Shown: positions 12,986 to 27,500, numbered from the stretch's first letter. The stretch: 64,000 nt of DNA from Calditrichia bacterium (GCA_963796965.1 CAWCNS010000011.1:256001-320000), one strand, 5' to 3'. Numbers and translations are program-made. Notes: generated by a model not told the origin, from the letters alone.

Positions 12986-14251
12986 TTATTCCTGACTTAA
13001 AATCACAGCCGGATCTTGCTGGGAGGCCAAGAAAGCCGGAATCCAGCTTGCCAACAGGGAAATCATCGGCGCCAATCCCATAGCCAATAAAATTAGCTGC
13101 CAATCTAAATAAGCCAGTTCAAAAACGACACCTCTAAAGAGCAAACTAAGTGTCAATCCGGTAACTATCCCCAGGACAGCCCCGGCAAGACCCATCACTA
13201 ATGCTTTAAAAAGAAAAAGACCCAGTATCTTACGGGCTTTCAGACCCGTTGCTCTCAATATACCTATCTCACTCTGACGCTCTCTCACATTTGACATAAA
13301 TAAAAGCGCAATCCATAGAATACTCAGCCCCATGATGGATGGTACATAAATAGCTGCAAATCGTTCTTGCTCGTCACGAATTTGCATCCGGTATTTTTTT
13401 TCAGATTCAATCGCCTCCATTGCTTCTTTAGCTGCCCGGTCACGTGCTTCTGCCCGCGTTATAACTTTCGAAGCCTCTTCGATCACCTGTGTTCCCGGTA
13501 GGATTCCCCTTACTTCTGCCCGCACTTGCGATATTTCATTACCGGCACAATGACATTTTAAGGCAAGAATGGCATTAATCTGACCGGCTCTCTTTAGAAG
13601 AGACTGTGCCTGTTCCAGATCAATCCAAAAGGTGATATCGTCCTTATTTCCTCTTTCTTCATTGCATTGTGTAATAGTAAAATCTACCCCCTGTATATTT
13701 ACTTTATCTCCAACGACAAGATTGTTACTTCTATGCAATTCATATCCCACAACTACAGTACCTTTGGGAACCGGTATCAGAATTGGCTCTTTGGGATCAC
13801 GATGCAGAAAGGGCACTTCACCCCGGGTTCCAATAAGGATTACATTACGCTTTCCCTCTTTCCAGAATATTCTTTGATGTAAACTAGGAAGAAGATGGCG
13901 GATTGTCATTATTTTTGATTTTGCCAGAATGTTGACATAATCTTCCGGCATATATTTTGAAGCAAAATCATCAGCATAGAGATCAGTGAAATTCTGTCCC
14001 TCCGGCAGGATGAGTAAATTAAAGCCCAGCTTTTTCATGATGATTCTATAATCGTTCTCAAGATCCTTCATCCTTTTTTCAGTTTCTAACTTCTTCGCGG
14101 CTATAATCTTTTGCGTTTCAGAATCATGTATGGATAGAGAAGTAGCCGCAGCGATGAGAGCAGCGATGGCAATAATGATGGATAATAATCCGGAAATAAA
14201 ATTCAATTTACGTCTGTATATCTCCTTATAAACCAGCTGCCAGACGGTCAT
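12986..14251 (-). CDS. ABC transporter permease, FtsX/MacB family
   Basis: NVRERQSEIGILRATG motif, 4-TM layout, C-terminal DPAVIL. Confidence 0.9.
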   Translation of the reverse strand: MTVWQLVYKEIYRRKLNFISGLLSIIIAIAALIAAATSLSIHDSETQKIIAAKKLETEKRMKDLENDYRIIMKKLGFNLLILPEGQNFTDLYADDFASKYMPEDYVNILAKSKIMTIRHLLPSLHQRIFWKEGKRNVILIGTRGEVPFLHRDPKEPILIPVPKGTVVVGYELHRSNNLVVGDKVNIQGVDFTITQCNEERGNKDDITFWIDLEQAQSLLKRAGQINAILALKCHCAGNEISQVRAEVRGILPGTQVIEEASKVITRAEARDRAAKEAMEAIESEKKYRMQIRDEQERFAAIYVPSIMGLSILWIALLFMSNVRERQSEIGILRATGLKARKILGLFLFKALVMGLAGAVLGIVTGLTLSLLFRGVVFELAYLDWQLILLAMGLAPMISLLASWIPAFLASQQDPAVILSQE

Positions 14252-15489
14252 CTCTCTATCCTCGTTTTCTTTTTCATTATAAAAAAAGTAAACATAATGA
14301 CTAAGCCTGTAAGTCCCAACAATAACCATCCAATATTTTTTGAGATTGAAAATGTTTCCCGGGTCTTCGCATCATTTGAAATGGCGCGGGCGGAATCCGA
14401 ACTTAAAGCACTCTTTTTTTCAGGCTTTATGTTCTCTCCTATAGATATCTTTTTGGGCGAAATCGGCTTTGTCTGTATAATATTATCCTCTGTTTTCTCC
14501 GATGAAGGGATAAAGCCAGAAAGTCCTGTAAGAGGAGGAGGATCCTCATCTTTGATCCAGGTATCACCTATGCTTGCTGACCAATTCGCCAGAAACAAAA
14601 GATCGACGCCCTGGTGCAAAGCTTTTATCTCACAGGAACACCAATCAACCAGCGATCCACATGCTTTTTCAATTGTATTTTTATTAATTCCCGCACCGAC
14701 CAGCGCGTATAATGATCTTCCTTGTCCAAAAACCGGAAAGACAAGTGGTACCTGGTATTCGGCTAAATCAGATTCCGTACCCAATAGCATTTTTACAAAT
14801 ATGCTCTCCTTTGGGTTCTTCCTGGATAACTTTTTAACTGAAAAACTTAAATCGACATTTTGAAAATCATTTATTTCAATGGGATTGCCATCTACATCTA
14901 CTCCACTTGTCGGGATACTGATTTTTGCCGATAAGGCCTCTAATTCATTTACTAATATATTATAATATTTTTGATCCAATTCAGGCTCGCCACTTTCCAG
15001 AAAAAGAAAAACCGCGGTTTCCCCTGCCAGCAAGAGATCAGAGATTTCTCTTCGTAGGGGAGAATCCCTTAAAATATCCATATTGGATTTGCTCAATTCC
15101 CCCAACCATATGGGATATGGAATACCGGTTTGTTCGGGATAAGATAACATCATCAATGGGTAAGTGAGATTATCATCAAAATCTTTAAGAGGATTCTGAG
15201 CAGAATTATTCAGGTCGCTATATTCTATAATAATGTTTAAAGTTGAATCACCTTGAAATGAAATCTGGTTCAACTCCGCAAGCAAATCCTTATGATCGCT
15301 CGTAATTTCATCATGATAAAAAACGGTTAGTCTATAGGGATCTGCTGTCCATCGCTCAAGGGCATATCTGAAGACAGGTACATTGCATGGAAAAAGAGAG
15401 GAAAGACCTGAAAAGGTAAGGGCAAAAAATAATATTAAATATATTACTCTCTGAAAATCATAAATTCTACTGTACATTAACTTTTTCAT
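14248..15489 (-). CDS. Exported hypothetical protein with C-terminal membrane anchor
   Basis: Long ORF; PCNVPVFRYALERW and WCSCEIK cysteine motifs; stop overlaps the permease start. Confidence 0.7.
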   Translation of the reverse strand: MKKLMYSRIYDFQRVIYLILFFALTFSGLSSLFPCNVPVFRYALERWTADPYRLTVFYHDEITSDHKDLLAELNQISFQGDSTLNIIIEYSDLNNSAQNPLKDFDDNLTYPLMMLSYPEQTGIPYPIWLGELSKSNMDILRDSPLRREISDLLLAGETAVFLFLESGEPELDQKYYNILVNELEALSAKISIPTSGVDVDGNPIEINDFQNVDLSFSVKKLSRKNPKESIFVKMLLGTESDLAEYQVPLVFPVFGQGRSLYALVGAGINKNTIEKACGSLVDWCSCEIKALHQGVDLLFLANWSASIGDTWIKDEDPPPLTGLSGFIPSSEKTEDNIIQTKPISPKKISIGENIKPEKKSALSSDSARAISNDAKTRETFSISKNIGWLLLGLTGLVIMFTFFIMKKKTRIER

Positions 15490-16049
15490 TGCTTGATAAT
15501 TCTCTGTAAAACAAGACTTTAGATACCAAGATAATTCAGCATTGCTTAACAAACAGCTAAACTGATTAAATCCCCTTGGTTGGGATTCTCTTCTGAGGCA
15601 GCTGTTGATTTGGTTCGAGGCAAAAGGAAGAAAGGGGAAGGCCTAATTCACAACCATCTTAAGAATTATTGTGAATCAATTTACTAAATCACTTAAATTG
15701 TTAAGTTCCCATGCTTATTGACTAATTCATGATCCCATCTGCCAAAAAAACAATTGTAAAATTAACAAATTTCAGTCTAAAAGACAATGCATACCAAGGA
15801 TGAAAATTTATCTATTTTACCTTCTAAACTTAGTTATAGAGCACACGGATTACCCCCGAAAAACGGGGCAGGTCGGATAGGGCTGGTTTCCACTGATTAT
15901 TTATTATCCGTGCAAATCCGCTTAATCTGTGGCATCCGTGGCCTATAATAATCAGCAGAGAAAATCCAAATTTCAAGTACTTTATCAGTTGAATATTCGC
16001 TGTTGGATATTGGATATTGAATAAAATTCAGAAATTGAGCTGGAATTAA

Positions 16050-18704
16050 TCACTTCAACAGTACCATCTTCCGAACCTGCACATATCCCGATTCACTCTG
16101 CAATCGGTAAAAGTAGACACCACTTCCAAACCCACTGGCATCCCATTCCATCTGGTAAGTACCAGCAGGCTGATATTTATTGACCAACACAGCCACCTTT
16201 TGACCAAGCAAATTATATACACTTAAATCAACGTAATTCGTAATTGGTAATTCGTAATTAATTGTTGTAATCGGATTAAAAGGATTTGGATAATTCTGAT
16301 CCAAAACAAATTTTTGTGGGATTTTTGATGAATTATTATTGTCGCTTAATCCCGTTATCCCGGGTATATTTTCATCCATCCATCTTAAGCGCTCAAAAAG
16401 CCATTCTTCCAGATAAGCCACTTCATCTTCATAGGTATTGCCCACATAGGCATTTGGCCAGTCACGTGTTCCCAGGACAGGCCATCTTCTAAAATTCCGT
16501 TCCTGTGCCTCTCCCAATACGGAGTAAAGACTGTCGAGAATACCAAGAATATTGATTTCATGGAGATGGGTACTTCTTAATTCCTGCCATCGCTCAGCTA
16601 ATTTGGAAGAAAATGTATCATCTGACAATAATCGATCCCACCAGAAAGGAATATCTGTATGATCCGGATCATACCAGTCTTTCTGCCAGCCTTCCGTATA
16701 CTGTGCATTATCATAATTAGCATTGCCAAAGGCAAGATTATAATCCCAGACAGGTCCCATGGTTAATCTTCCATCCTTACTATCACGATCTTTATACATA
16801 AACGTACTCAAACGGTATCCGTCAACATTTCTTCCAATCTCCACTAGAATAAAGAAATCAATAAATGACTTTGTATTTATAAGTGGCGAATAGCCGCTGA
16901 TAGGATCTCTAAAACTGTCACTATACAATGCTTCTTCAAAATTATATATAAAATTCTGAATGTATACGCGTTGTTCAGGAACAATATCGCTCGGCTTTGG
17001 ATAATGGTATTGGAAGAACAGTTTTGTATAATTTTTTGGCGGGAAAGATGAAGGCCAGCCGCCCACATCTTCCCCCACTGTTTTGTCCAGTTTAATGATA
17101 TACCCGCCAGTTACTTCCTCGCCGGATATTTCATCAGGATCCAGTTTAGCGATATTCACCCGGTTTTTATCCCGCTTAATTTTCTCCATCAGGATATACA
17201 CACCTTGATATTCACCGTTTAAGACAAGTTCACAATAGTGGGTTCTGCTGGCATACCAACCCAGGTCTCTGGCCAGTTTATATTCCAGGACATTGCGCAT
17301 TAGACTTTTATCGACATAGGGCGCATGAAGAATCCAGTCATTTTCTTCGGGTAGTCCTAACAAAGAAACGTTATTGTTCTCACCAGATGGTAAACGTGTT
17401 TCTAAAGCGTATTGCTTTTTGGGGTAACTCTGGGAACTCGCTCCGCGTGTTTCAATACCTATGGATCCATCATAATTATTGAAAGGATCTGTAAAATAAT
17501 TTCTTATACCTTCACCATTATAAATAATTCCCATTTTTGCTGAAATTTTCTCGGCATCAGGAATTAATTTACCATAGGTATCAACAACCACAACAGGAAG
17601 ATTCGAGGCCTCTAATTTGACAGAGTCCATCGTACCAACATTGTTGCTAAATCCGGGGGTTGGATCCCAAAAACGATAATTTCGTGAGTTTCCATCCGGC
17701 TTTCTTCCCCATGATTTGTCTTCAGGGACGTATTTAAAGCCCAGGATATCCTGGGTGATGCCATCTGGTGATTTAATATATAATGTGTCAGTAAATTGTG
17801 CGAATGTAAAATCAGTATGTAAACCGGAAGGAAAATTTGTCAATATAGTATCTACTTGTCGTGAATCACCTGGCCTCTGTTTCATAGCGAGAGAAAGATA
17901 GGGTATAATGGTTAAATCTGTTGAAAACTCATTGCGATTATGGGTTTCGATTGCCAGGACATTGGTTCCTTCAAGCAGGATATCAGCAATACTTTCTATT
18001 TGAAAAATCAGGGGCGATCCGTTTTGATAAATTCGTGCTTCAACAATTTCTTTTGCCGGTTCCGTATAGACAGGTCTTTCACCTGGTATGCCGATATTCT
18101 CCCTGGCAATTTCAATCCCATTTAAATAGGCAACAAAACCATCGTCATAATCCACATGTAATACACCGGTAATTATTTGAGAAAGATCTTGTACATTAAA
18201 TACTTTTCTTATATAGAGAGAAATAGTACTTTCAACAACGGTGGCATCATCATTGTCACCATAACCAAACCCGCTTGCACCGGTTTGCCAGCCCGTATCA
18301 TCAAATTCCAACTCCGTCCAATTGAGGGGAATATCAGCTGACCCAGGAGAGTACTTCCACTCATCACCACGGGAGATTACCGCCTCCCAATGGGAAATTT
18401 GTTGTTTTCGGTCTTTTCCGGAGTTAAATATGACGAGATAGCCCTTTGGATTGAGAAGTCCTTCATCTATCGTCCATTCCGATGGCGCTGTATTGCTACT
18501 GGATATTGTATATCCCGATAAGTCAATTGGAAAATCACTCGCGTTATACAGTTCAAACCATCCATTATAATCTCCATCTTCATCCTGATGACTAGAAACA
18601 TTTAGAACCATCAACTCATTGATGAAAACATTCTGGGCTAAAAGTTGCGGTTGAACTATTAATAAGATTAGAACCAGGCTATGTATGAAATATTTAAGAA
18701 ACAT
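16050..18704 (-). CDS. CotH kinase-family protein with lamin-tail domain and secretion C-terminal domain
   Basis: FINE lamin-tail start, RGASSQ.YPK, GPVWDYNLAFGN, QNYPNPFNP C-terminus. Confidence 0.9.
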   Translation of the reverse strand: MFLKYFIHSLVLILLIVQPQLLAQNVFINELMVLNVSSHQDEDGDYNGWFELYNASDFPIDLSGYTISSSNTAPSEWTIDEGLLNPKGYLVIFNSGKDRKQQISHWEAVISRGDEWKYSPGSADIPLNWTELEFDDTGWQTGASGFGYGDNDDATVVESTISLYIRKVFNVQDLSQIITGVLHVDYDDGFVAYLNGIEIARENIGIPGERPVYTEPAKEIVEARIYQNGSPLIFQIESIADILLEGTNVLAIETHNRNEFSTDLTIIPYLSLAMKQRPGDSRQVDTILTNFPSGLHTDFTFAQFTDTLYIKSPDGITQDILGFKYVPEDKSWGRKPDGNSRNYRFWDPTPGFSNNVGTMDSVKLEASNLPVVVVDTYGKLIPDAEKISAKMGIIYNGEGIRNYFTDPFNNYDGSIGIETRGASSQSYPKKQYALETRLPSGENNNVSLLGLPEENDWILHAPYVDKSLMRNVLEYKLARDLGWYASRTHYCELVLNGEYQGVYILMEKIKRDKNRVNIAKLDPDEISGEEVTGGYIIKLDKTVGEDVGGWPSSFPPKNYTKLFFQYHYPKPSDIVPEQRVYIQNFIYNFEEALYSDSFRDPISGYSPLINTKSFIDFFILVEIGRNVDGYRLSTFMYKDRDSKDGRLTMGPVWDYNLAFGNANYDNAQYTEGWQKDWYDPDHTDIPFWWDRLLSDDTFSSKLAERWQELRSTHLHEINILGILDSLYSVLGEAQERNFRRWPVLGTRDWPNAYVGNTYEDEVAYLEEWLFERLRWMDENIPGITGLSDNNNSSKIPQKFVLDQNYPNPFNPITTINYELPITNYVDLSVYNLLGQKVAVLVNKYQPAGTYQMEWDASGFGSGVYFYRLQSESGYVQVRKMVLLK

Positions 18705-19145
18705 TGTTTGGATTATCCTGTATTACGCATTCAATACTATACTAACTCACTTTGGACACCAATTGTTTCTTCTAATCTGTGAGTTGGTACATATAAACTT
18801 ATTTTTTATACCTGCTATTGGTTTTAAAACTGCCCACCACGATCAGATATCCCTTTTTCCCGGGAATTAAAAGATTGTTTTGAGAATTTTTTGATCATCA
18901 GTCCCTATAATTTTATCGTCATCGCCTTTTTAAAGAAATTATAGGTAATACAAATATCTCCATACATAATATATAAAAAAAACCACGAATGTCAGATAAA
19001 AATATTTTGTTTCATATTTATATGGATGTAACATTAGTATAACAACCTGATTAGGAAAGTGTGAGAATTATAAATAATTATTTCTTTGCGACTTAGCGTC
19101 TTTGCGAGAAAAATTTGTGAATCGATCAGGTTATTTTAATAATGA

Positions 19146-20558
<1,413 letters not shown>

Positions 20559-20639
20559 ATAGATATCTCAGATGTTTCAACAAACTTCCACAATACTATC
20601 AAATAGAATAATGAATCATTAAACTAACTTGGGTAATTT

Positions 20640-21778
20640 ATTTTATCAGGATCATTCGGCGCACTATCCTTTCTCCAGCTGATTCCAGAGAATAATAGTA
20701 AATGCCTGAAGGCAGGGAAGGTGCCACAAAATTAATCTTCGTAATTCCGAGGTTATTTCTCCATTTATCAATGTAGTTATCTTCTGGCCCAGAATATTAT
20801 AAATGTTTATAGTAACAAATCGTGTTTTGAAATTCAAATTCGATGTGGTCTGCGGATTATAAGTGATTTGATAGTTCTGATGTAAAGTAAATTTATCGGA
20901 ACTTCTTCTTATGTATTTGATAGTGGTTACAACCTCAAGCGGCTCGAAGGCAATACTGCGAGGTATCTGCAGAAGCCACCGATATTGTCTGCACGTAGGT
21001 CCCTGCTGTATCGAATTCAACCACCTGATTCTTATAATATGAAGATGAAAACAGGTGTCCCCATCATCAAAGGCTACCCCGAGGCCCGGATAAATCCGGA
21101 CGTGAGATACTGCCCAGAAAATTACCATCGGAATCAAATTTCACAATATTATCTGATCCTCCCCCGGCAACAAAGAGTACATCATTTTTATCACGAGCGA
21201 TACCCATGGGGCTGGATAATCCGCCCCCGGTAAAAACCTTTACAAAATTATCACTTTTATCGAATTTAATAACATTTGCGGTTAGGGCACTAGCCACATA
21301 AATATTTCCATCTGAATTAACCGCCACACAATTTGGTCCATTAAGGCCACCACCGGTAAATGACCGCAATCTGTTGCCATCGAGATTAAAAACCACGATT
21401 TGGTCATTGTCAAAACTACTAACATATAGTTCTGTTGAGTCAATTACAGCCATACCGGTCGGACCATCGAGCTCCTGGTCACTAAACTTTGTCAGGTATT
21501 GCCCAGTTCTGTCAAAGATATAAATTTCGTCAGATAACTGACTGGCCACATAAACTTTTTTATTTGGTGAAAAAACGACACCGCGTGGACCATTAAGCCC
21601 TTCTGCACCGAAACTATGTAGATATTTCCCTGTAGGAGTCATAAACTGCTATGCTATCAGCATTGTAATTTGAGACATGAAAATTTCCGGTTCTGTTTGG
21701 TGGAAGTAAGGGTTGGGTTATACCTGTTTTTGAAAAAATAATCACCACAAGTAATAGCAAATTCAATATATTTTTCAT
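20640..21778 (-). CDS. NHL-repeat protein with secretion C-terminal domain (multiple frameshifts)
   Basis: Repeated L.GP.G.A / IYVA / FD..G blades; degraded YNILGQKI C-terminal motif. Confidence 0.7.
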
Positions 21779-21817
21779 ATTTATTAAAACTAATTCCCTC
21801 GATTAAGATATTCCGCC

Positions 21818-23790
21818 TTATTTTAAATAAAGGATTTTTTTTACTTCCGTAAATTTTTGATTTTGCTGGCGATCAGTAAATTGAATATACAATATATATT
21901 CGCCACTGGTCAGGGCCTCATTGTGATCCGAACGCGCATTCCAAATAAAAGTATGCTCTGTATTAACAAGATTAATCTGGTTATAGGTTTTGATCTTCTC
22001 ACCCAAAATATTATAGATATCCATGGAAAGAAGTCCGGGATTGTTCACCTGTACCGTGATCTTAATTTGCGGATTAAAAGGATTGGGGTAGGCTTTAACC
22101 AGAATTGGATCGCTGGGAATATTTAAACTTTTCTCTTTGATTGAAGTAGGATCTGATAGAGTTGTTGTCAGTGAATCGAGTACTTCCGGAAAATTTGGTG
22201 TCGCCTGGTAATAGGATTTAAACCTGGCCACTTCAGGCGTATCGTATTGCCATAAATCTGCCACAAATCGTGGACTTAGGCTTTGATAATAGATTTTCGC
22301 ATTTAATGTATAGGTTTGGCTTCGATTCAAACCGGATAATTTTATAGGTCACCTTATCAGATCCGGAACCTTCTCTGTTAAAATTTGGATCTTATCGGCC
22401 AGGCCCTTTACTGCCGTCGAATCATAAGCCGGCCCTGTTTTTGAAAACCCTTCCGGCGGGATGCGGTTATCTTTTTTATAACCGGCCGCTCGCAACAAGG
22501 TATACGTAAGCTCATCGATCCACATCCTTCATCAACGATTGATAAACCTGCACCTGATCGGGGTGAGTGATCATATCATGATGGGCCTCATAGTCTTCAT
22601 CGAGCCCTTGTATTTCGTTTTGGACTATATCCCATTTACCCGATTCAAACACATCATCTCCTCTGCCATCTTTAATCCCCAGATAAAGCCAGGCCCGGCG
22701 GCTGGGATAAGCCGTAGGAAATTTATGCCCGGTTTTATTGTTTACGGCAAGTGTCACCTCTAAGGTATCACCCATGAGCCACTTATCGGAAGCATCCAGA
22801 TCTACGGTTTCGGTTTGCAGTAATCTTTCGTGTCCGGGCAATGGTGCTGTCAATAGTGCACGACTCGGCTGTTAAACCCCAGTTCAGTTCTGTATTTTTT
22901 TAAAAGGCGCTAGCATATAAACATTGCCACCGACAAAATAATGTTTGGCAAAGGGCATTCTTGAACCAAGCATGAGTTGGCATGTTCGAGATGAACAATA
23001 GGTCCTCAATCTCAGGCATGTTAGGTTTGGCATTCTATATTTTTGCCGGGATAGACACTGTTTTTCCATTCAAGGTAGGGTGTCTGCTCCGGCGCTCTCA
23101 CCTGCAACCGCTCCTTCATTATCAACATAGGGCGTAAATAATGTATGGCAGGTAGCACATAAATCATAATGATGGTACCTGTCTACAAAAATCGGTGTAT
23201 AATTTACCCGATTTTGCATGGGCATGGTTAAAGGGTTTTGATAGGGTCCATAAATAATCCGGTCATTTTCAATGATATAATGCCCACTGTAACTTTCCAC
23301 ATTGCCAAGATTATCAGGTTTGATCTGATGACAGGCTGTACAGCTAACACCATCGCGGGCCAGATCATCCTGATTCAATTCCTCAAAGGAATAATAATCC
23401 GCTCCCTGGTATTTTGCCTCCGTACGCCCCATGGGTGAATGACAGGTAAGACATTTATCTTCGATGATATCTTTTAAGTGTGGATTTGCCGCTACTTCAG
23501 CCGTCATTTTGGCCTGCCAGAAGGGATCTTTCGCTGCATTGGCCATCATGGTCGAGCGCCATAAAGTTTCCGGGAGACATCATTACCCTGGCCATCACGC
23601 AATATCGTACTGTTTAGACTGCCCGCTTGATGACAAGAAGAACAATTACCTGATCCACTGAACAAAGTGAAGTCTGGATCGGTAAATTTTGAGCACCTGC
23701 ATGCCAAATAGCCCTATCTGTAAAGTTTAACAATAAATTCTTGATTTAATCATTGCTCCACGAAATAATGATATAGTAATATCTTCTTTG
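21818..23790 (-). CDS. Secreted multiheme c-type cytochrome with C-terminal secretion domain (frameshifted)
   Basis: CSSCH (~23630-23645, manual), CLTCH, CTACH, CATCH and a garbled CQT.H near 23020; GHKFPT; YPNPFNP C-terminus. Confidence 0.75.
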
Positions 23791-23819
23791 CCCATGTCCT
23801 TTAGATCTTTACCCTTAAT

Positions 23820-24121
23820 CGTAAGCTGAGATAATAGAACGGAACTGAATGCCATGGCAGCCGCTGCAAACATAGGATTAAGCAAACCCAGGGCAGCGAC
23901 GGGGATACCGATTATATTGTATATAAAGGCCCAGAAAAGATTCTGACGGATGGTACGCATTGTTTTGCGTGAAAGTGAAATCGCCCCGGCAACACCATGC
24001 AAATCACCTTTAATCAAGGTTATATCAGCCGTTTCAATGGCCACATCCGCCCCGGTACTATGGCAATGCTCACATCTGATAGAGATCACCTGGGGATTTT
24101 TATAATAATCTCTATTCCATG
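23820..24121 (-). pseudogene. copA: Remnant of a Cu-type P1B ATPase (HMA start joined to the C-terminal ~75 aa)
   Basis: CEHC followed directly by [14 protein letters not shown]...[12 protein letters not shown]...[10 protein letters not shown]; the central ATPase domains are missing. Confidence 0.7.
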
Positions 24122-24130
24122 CTCGCGCCG

Positions 24131-24483
24131 TTATTTGGAGCCCAGTTTCATCGGTTTTAAATCCATACTGCACTCTTCACACTTCCCCGCTTTGTCATGC
24201 CGGATATGACTATGCTGGTACATGGGACAACCATAATAATCTGCACTATCCGCTTTTACTTCCACAGCCGCCACTAATTTCATCCCACATTCCGAACAAT
24301 CACCTGCTGTAGCGCTGGAAATATGTTTATGGCTCTCCATGGGCAGGTATAATAATAAGTCTTTTCAACAGTTGATACTTTTTCTTGCTTGTGCTGGTGC
24401 TCTGACATCTTCTCACTTTGACCATTACAGGCAATCAATACTACAAATACGCCAATGCTTAAAATTGCAAATTTCCAATTCAT
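24131..24483 (-). CDS. Heavy-metal-binding domain lipoprotein (frameshifted)
   Basis: Lipobox LIAC; two Y.CPM...H...GxC..CxM.L motifs across two frames. Confidence 0.75.
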
Positions 24484-24543
24484 GATAAACTCCTCTTAAA
24501 TTTGATTAGGTTATTTAATTATGTAAAACAATTATGATTTAGA

Positions 24544-27500
24544 TTAAACTGATTCTTCATTAATGTTTAAAGAGCTCTCCAACTTTTTAATTTCATGACT
24601 TTTCCAGAGATAATAGATAGCCGGGATTACAATCAGGGTCAAAACCGTGGAGGATACCAATCCGCCAACCATGGGTGCAGCAATGCGTTTCATGGTTTGT
24701 GATCCGGCGCCTGTTCCCCATAGAATAGGTGTCAGGCCAACCATGGTGGTCACCACGGTCATCAGTTTGGGGCGGACACGATCCACAGCGCCCTCAATAA
24801 CGATATCATACAGATCTTTCAGACTGTGCAGGCGCCCGCTGCGCTTCCAGTCAGCAAAGACATTATCCAGATACACCAGCATCACAACACCTGTCTCAGC
24901 GGCCAGACCTGCCAGGGCAATGAATCCCACGCCTACTGCTACACTGAAATTGTAATCCAGGAAGTACATGAGCCAAATCCCACCAACCAGAGCGAAAGGA
25001 AGAGATAGCATTACTATGAAGCTTTCCGCAAAATTTTTAAAATTGAAATAGAGAAGTAAAAAGATCACAACCAGCGTAATTGGTACCACGATATTCAATC
25101 TTTTTTGAGCTCTCTCCATATATTCATATTGCCCACTCCATACCAGGCTATAACCTTCGGGAAATTCTACTTTTTCCTCTATAACCTTTTTAGCATTTTT
25201 GACATAGGTACCCACATCTATACCACGCAAATCAACATAAAGCCAGGCAGTAGTGCGTGCATTTTCACTTTTAATAACAGGGGGCCCCTTTGTGATAGAA
25301 ATATCAGCCACATAATTAAGTGGTATCTGAGCGCCTGATGGTGTGGGAATCAGCACACGCTTTAAGGCACTCAAATTATCACGAAGTTCACGGCTATAAC
25401 GAACATTTACCGGGTAGCGCTCCAGACCCTCGACTGTTGTCGTAACATTCATACCTCCAATCGCGGACATAATTACATCCTGCACATCGCCAACAGTAAG
25501 GCCATATCGGGCAGATTCGTCCCTCTTTATATCGAAGTCAAAATAATTTCCACCGACAGTCTTATCAGGAAAAACACTGAGTGTTCCTTCCACATCTTTA
25601 ATGATCGCAGCAATTTCCTGTCCCAGATCGGAAAGGGTCTGTAAATCAGGTCCCATAATTTTAATGCCAACCGGTGTTTTAATACCGGTTGAGAGCATAT
25701 CGATGCGTGTCTTTATCGGCATCGTCCAGGCATTGGTTAAACCGGGAAATTGAATGGCTGCATCTAATTCTTCCACTAACTTTTCAATAGTCATACCTTC
25801 ACGCCATTTATCTTCCGGTTGGAGCATGATAGTCGTTTCAATCATTGAAAGCGGGGCTGGATCAGTGGCTGTTTCAGCTCGTCCGATTTTTCCCAGCACA
25901 TGGTGTACTTCCGGAAAACTCTTGATGATCTTATCTGTCTGCTGTAACAATTCTTTGGCTTTTGTAATGCTGATACCCGGGTCAGTGGTGGGCATATACA
26001 GGAGATCGCCTTCGTTAAGAGGCGGCATAAATTCGGATCCGATTTTGCCCATTGGAAAGATCGTAATTACTAAAATGAGCAGTGCAATACCGATAGTAAT
26101 CCAGCGAAAGCGCAGCACCCAGTGAATGATTGGTTTATATAATTTAATCAGGAAGCGGCTGATCGGATTTTTATTTTCTGGTATAATTTTACCGCGCACA
26201 AAATAGCCCATTAAGACAGGTACAATGGTAATTGCCAACAAGGCGGCACCGGCCATGGCATACGTTTTGGTAAAAGCCAGCGGTTTAAAGAGGCGTCCTT
26301 CCTGGGCCTGCAATGAAAACACTGGTAAGAAGGATATGGTGATAATCAAGAGGGAATAAAATAGCGCCGGACCAACTTCTTTAGATGAATCTATAATGAT
26401 CTGCCAGTGATTCTTTTTACCCCCATCACGTTCAATATGTTTATGGGCGTTTTCGATCATCACCACAGCCGCATCCACCATCGCACCGATAGCAATGGCA
26501 ATACCACCTAAGGACATAATATTGGCATTAATACCCTGAAAATACATAATTAAAAATGAAATCAATATTCCCATCGGTAGAGTAAACAGAGCAACGAAAG
26601 CGCTGCGAAAATGCAGTAAAAAAATGATACATACCAGAGCGACAACCAAAAGCTCTTCAAACAATTTCCAGCTTAAATTATCGATCGCCCTTTCAATAAG
26701 ACTTGAACGGTCATAGGCGGGTATAATTTTAACACCTTCCGGCAGGCCTTTTTCAAGGTCTTTCAGTTTTTCTTTAACCAGAGCGATTGTTTTTAAGGCA
26801 TTTCCCCCGAAACGCATAACGATTACACCACCTGCTGTTTCGCCTTCGCCATTCCAGTCTGCTAAACCGCGTCGTAATTCTGGTCCGATAACCACATTTG
26901 CTATATTTTTAATAAGAATCGGCGTACCATTATTATCTACACCCAATGGTATGTTTTCAATATCTTCTATGGATTTTATATACCCCAGACCGCGCACCAT
27001 GAATTCGGTCTCACCCATTTCAACCAGCTTACCACCCACATCATTATTACTTCGTTTTATGGCCATCCGCACTTTATTAATTGGAATATTATAGGCAAGC
27101 AGCTTATTCGGATCCACCTCAACCTGATATTGCTTTACATACCCTCCGAGCGATGCAACCTCCGCAACACCGGGAACACTGGTCAATTCATATCGCAAAT
27201 ACCAATCCTGAATAGATCTCAATTGTTGCAGATCATATTTGTCACCGCCGTCAAGAACATATTCATATACCCAGCCTACACCCGTGGCATCCGGACCAAG
27301 CGTAGGGGTGATGCCCTGTGGTAATCGACTGGAGACGTAATTAAGGTATTCTAACACCCGGCTGCGTGCCCAGTAGATATCGGTTCCATCTTCAAAAATG
27401 ATATAGACAAAGGATAATCCGAAAAAGGAATAACCGCGTACACTTTTTGCAAAAGGCACGGCCAGCATGGATGATGTCAGAGGATATGTTACCTGGTCCT

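Noticed and set aside
15560..15760. Riboswitch upstream of the TonB/ABC operon
   Set aside because: Hairpins are present but I could not match cobalamin, TPP or other conserved cores; an Rfam search is needed.
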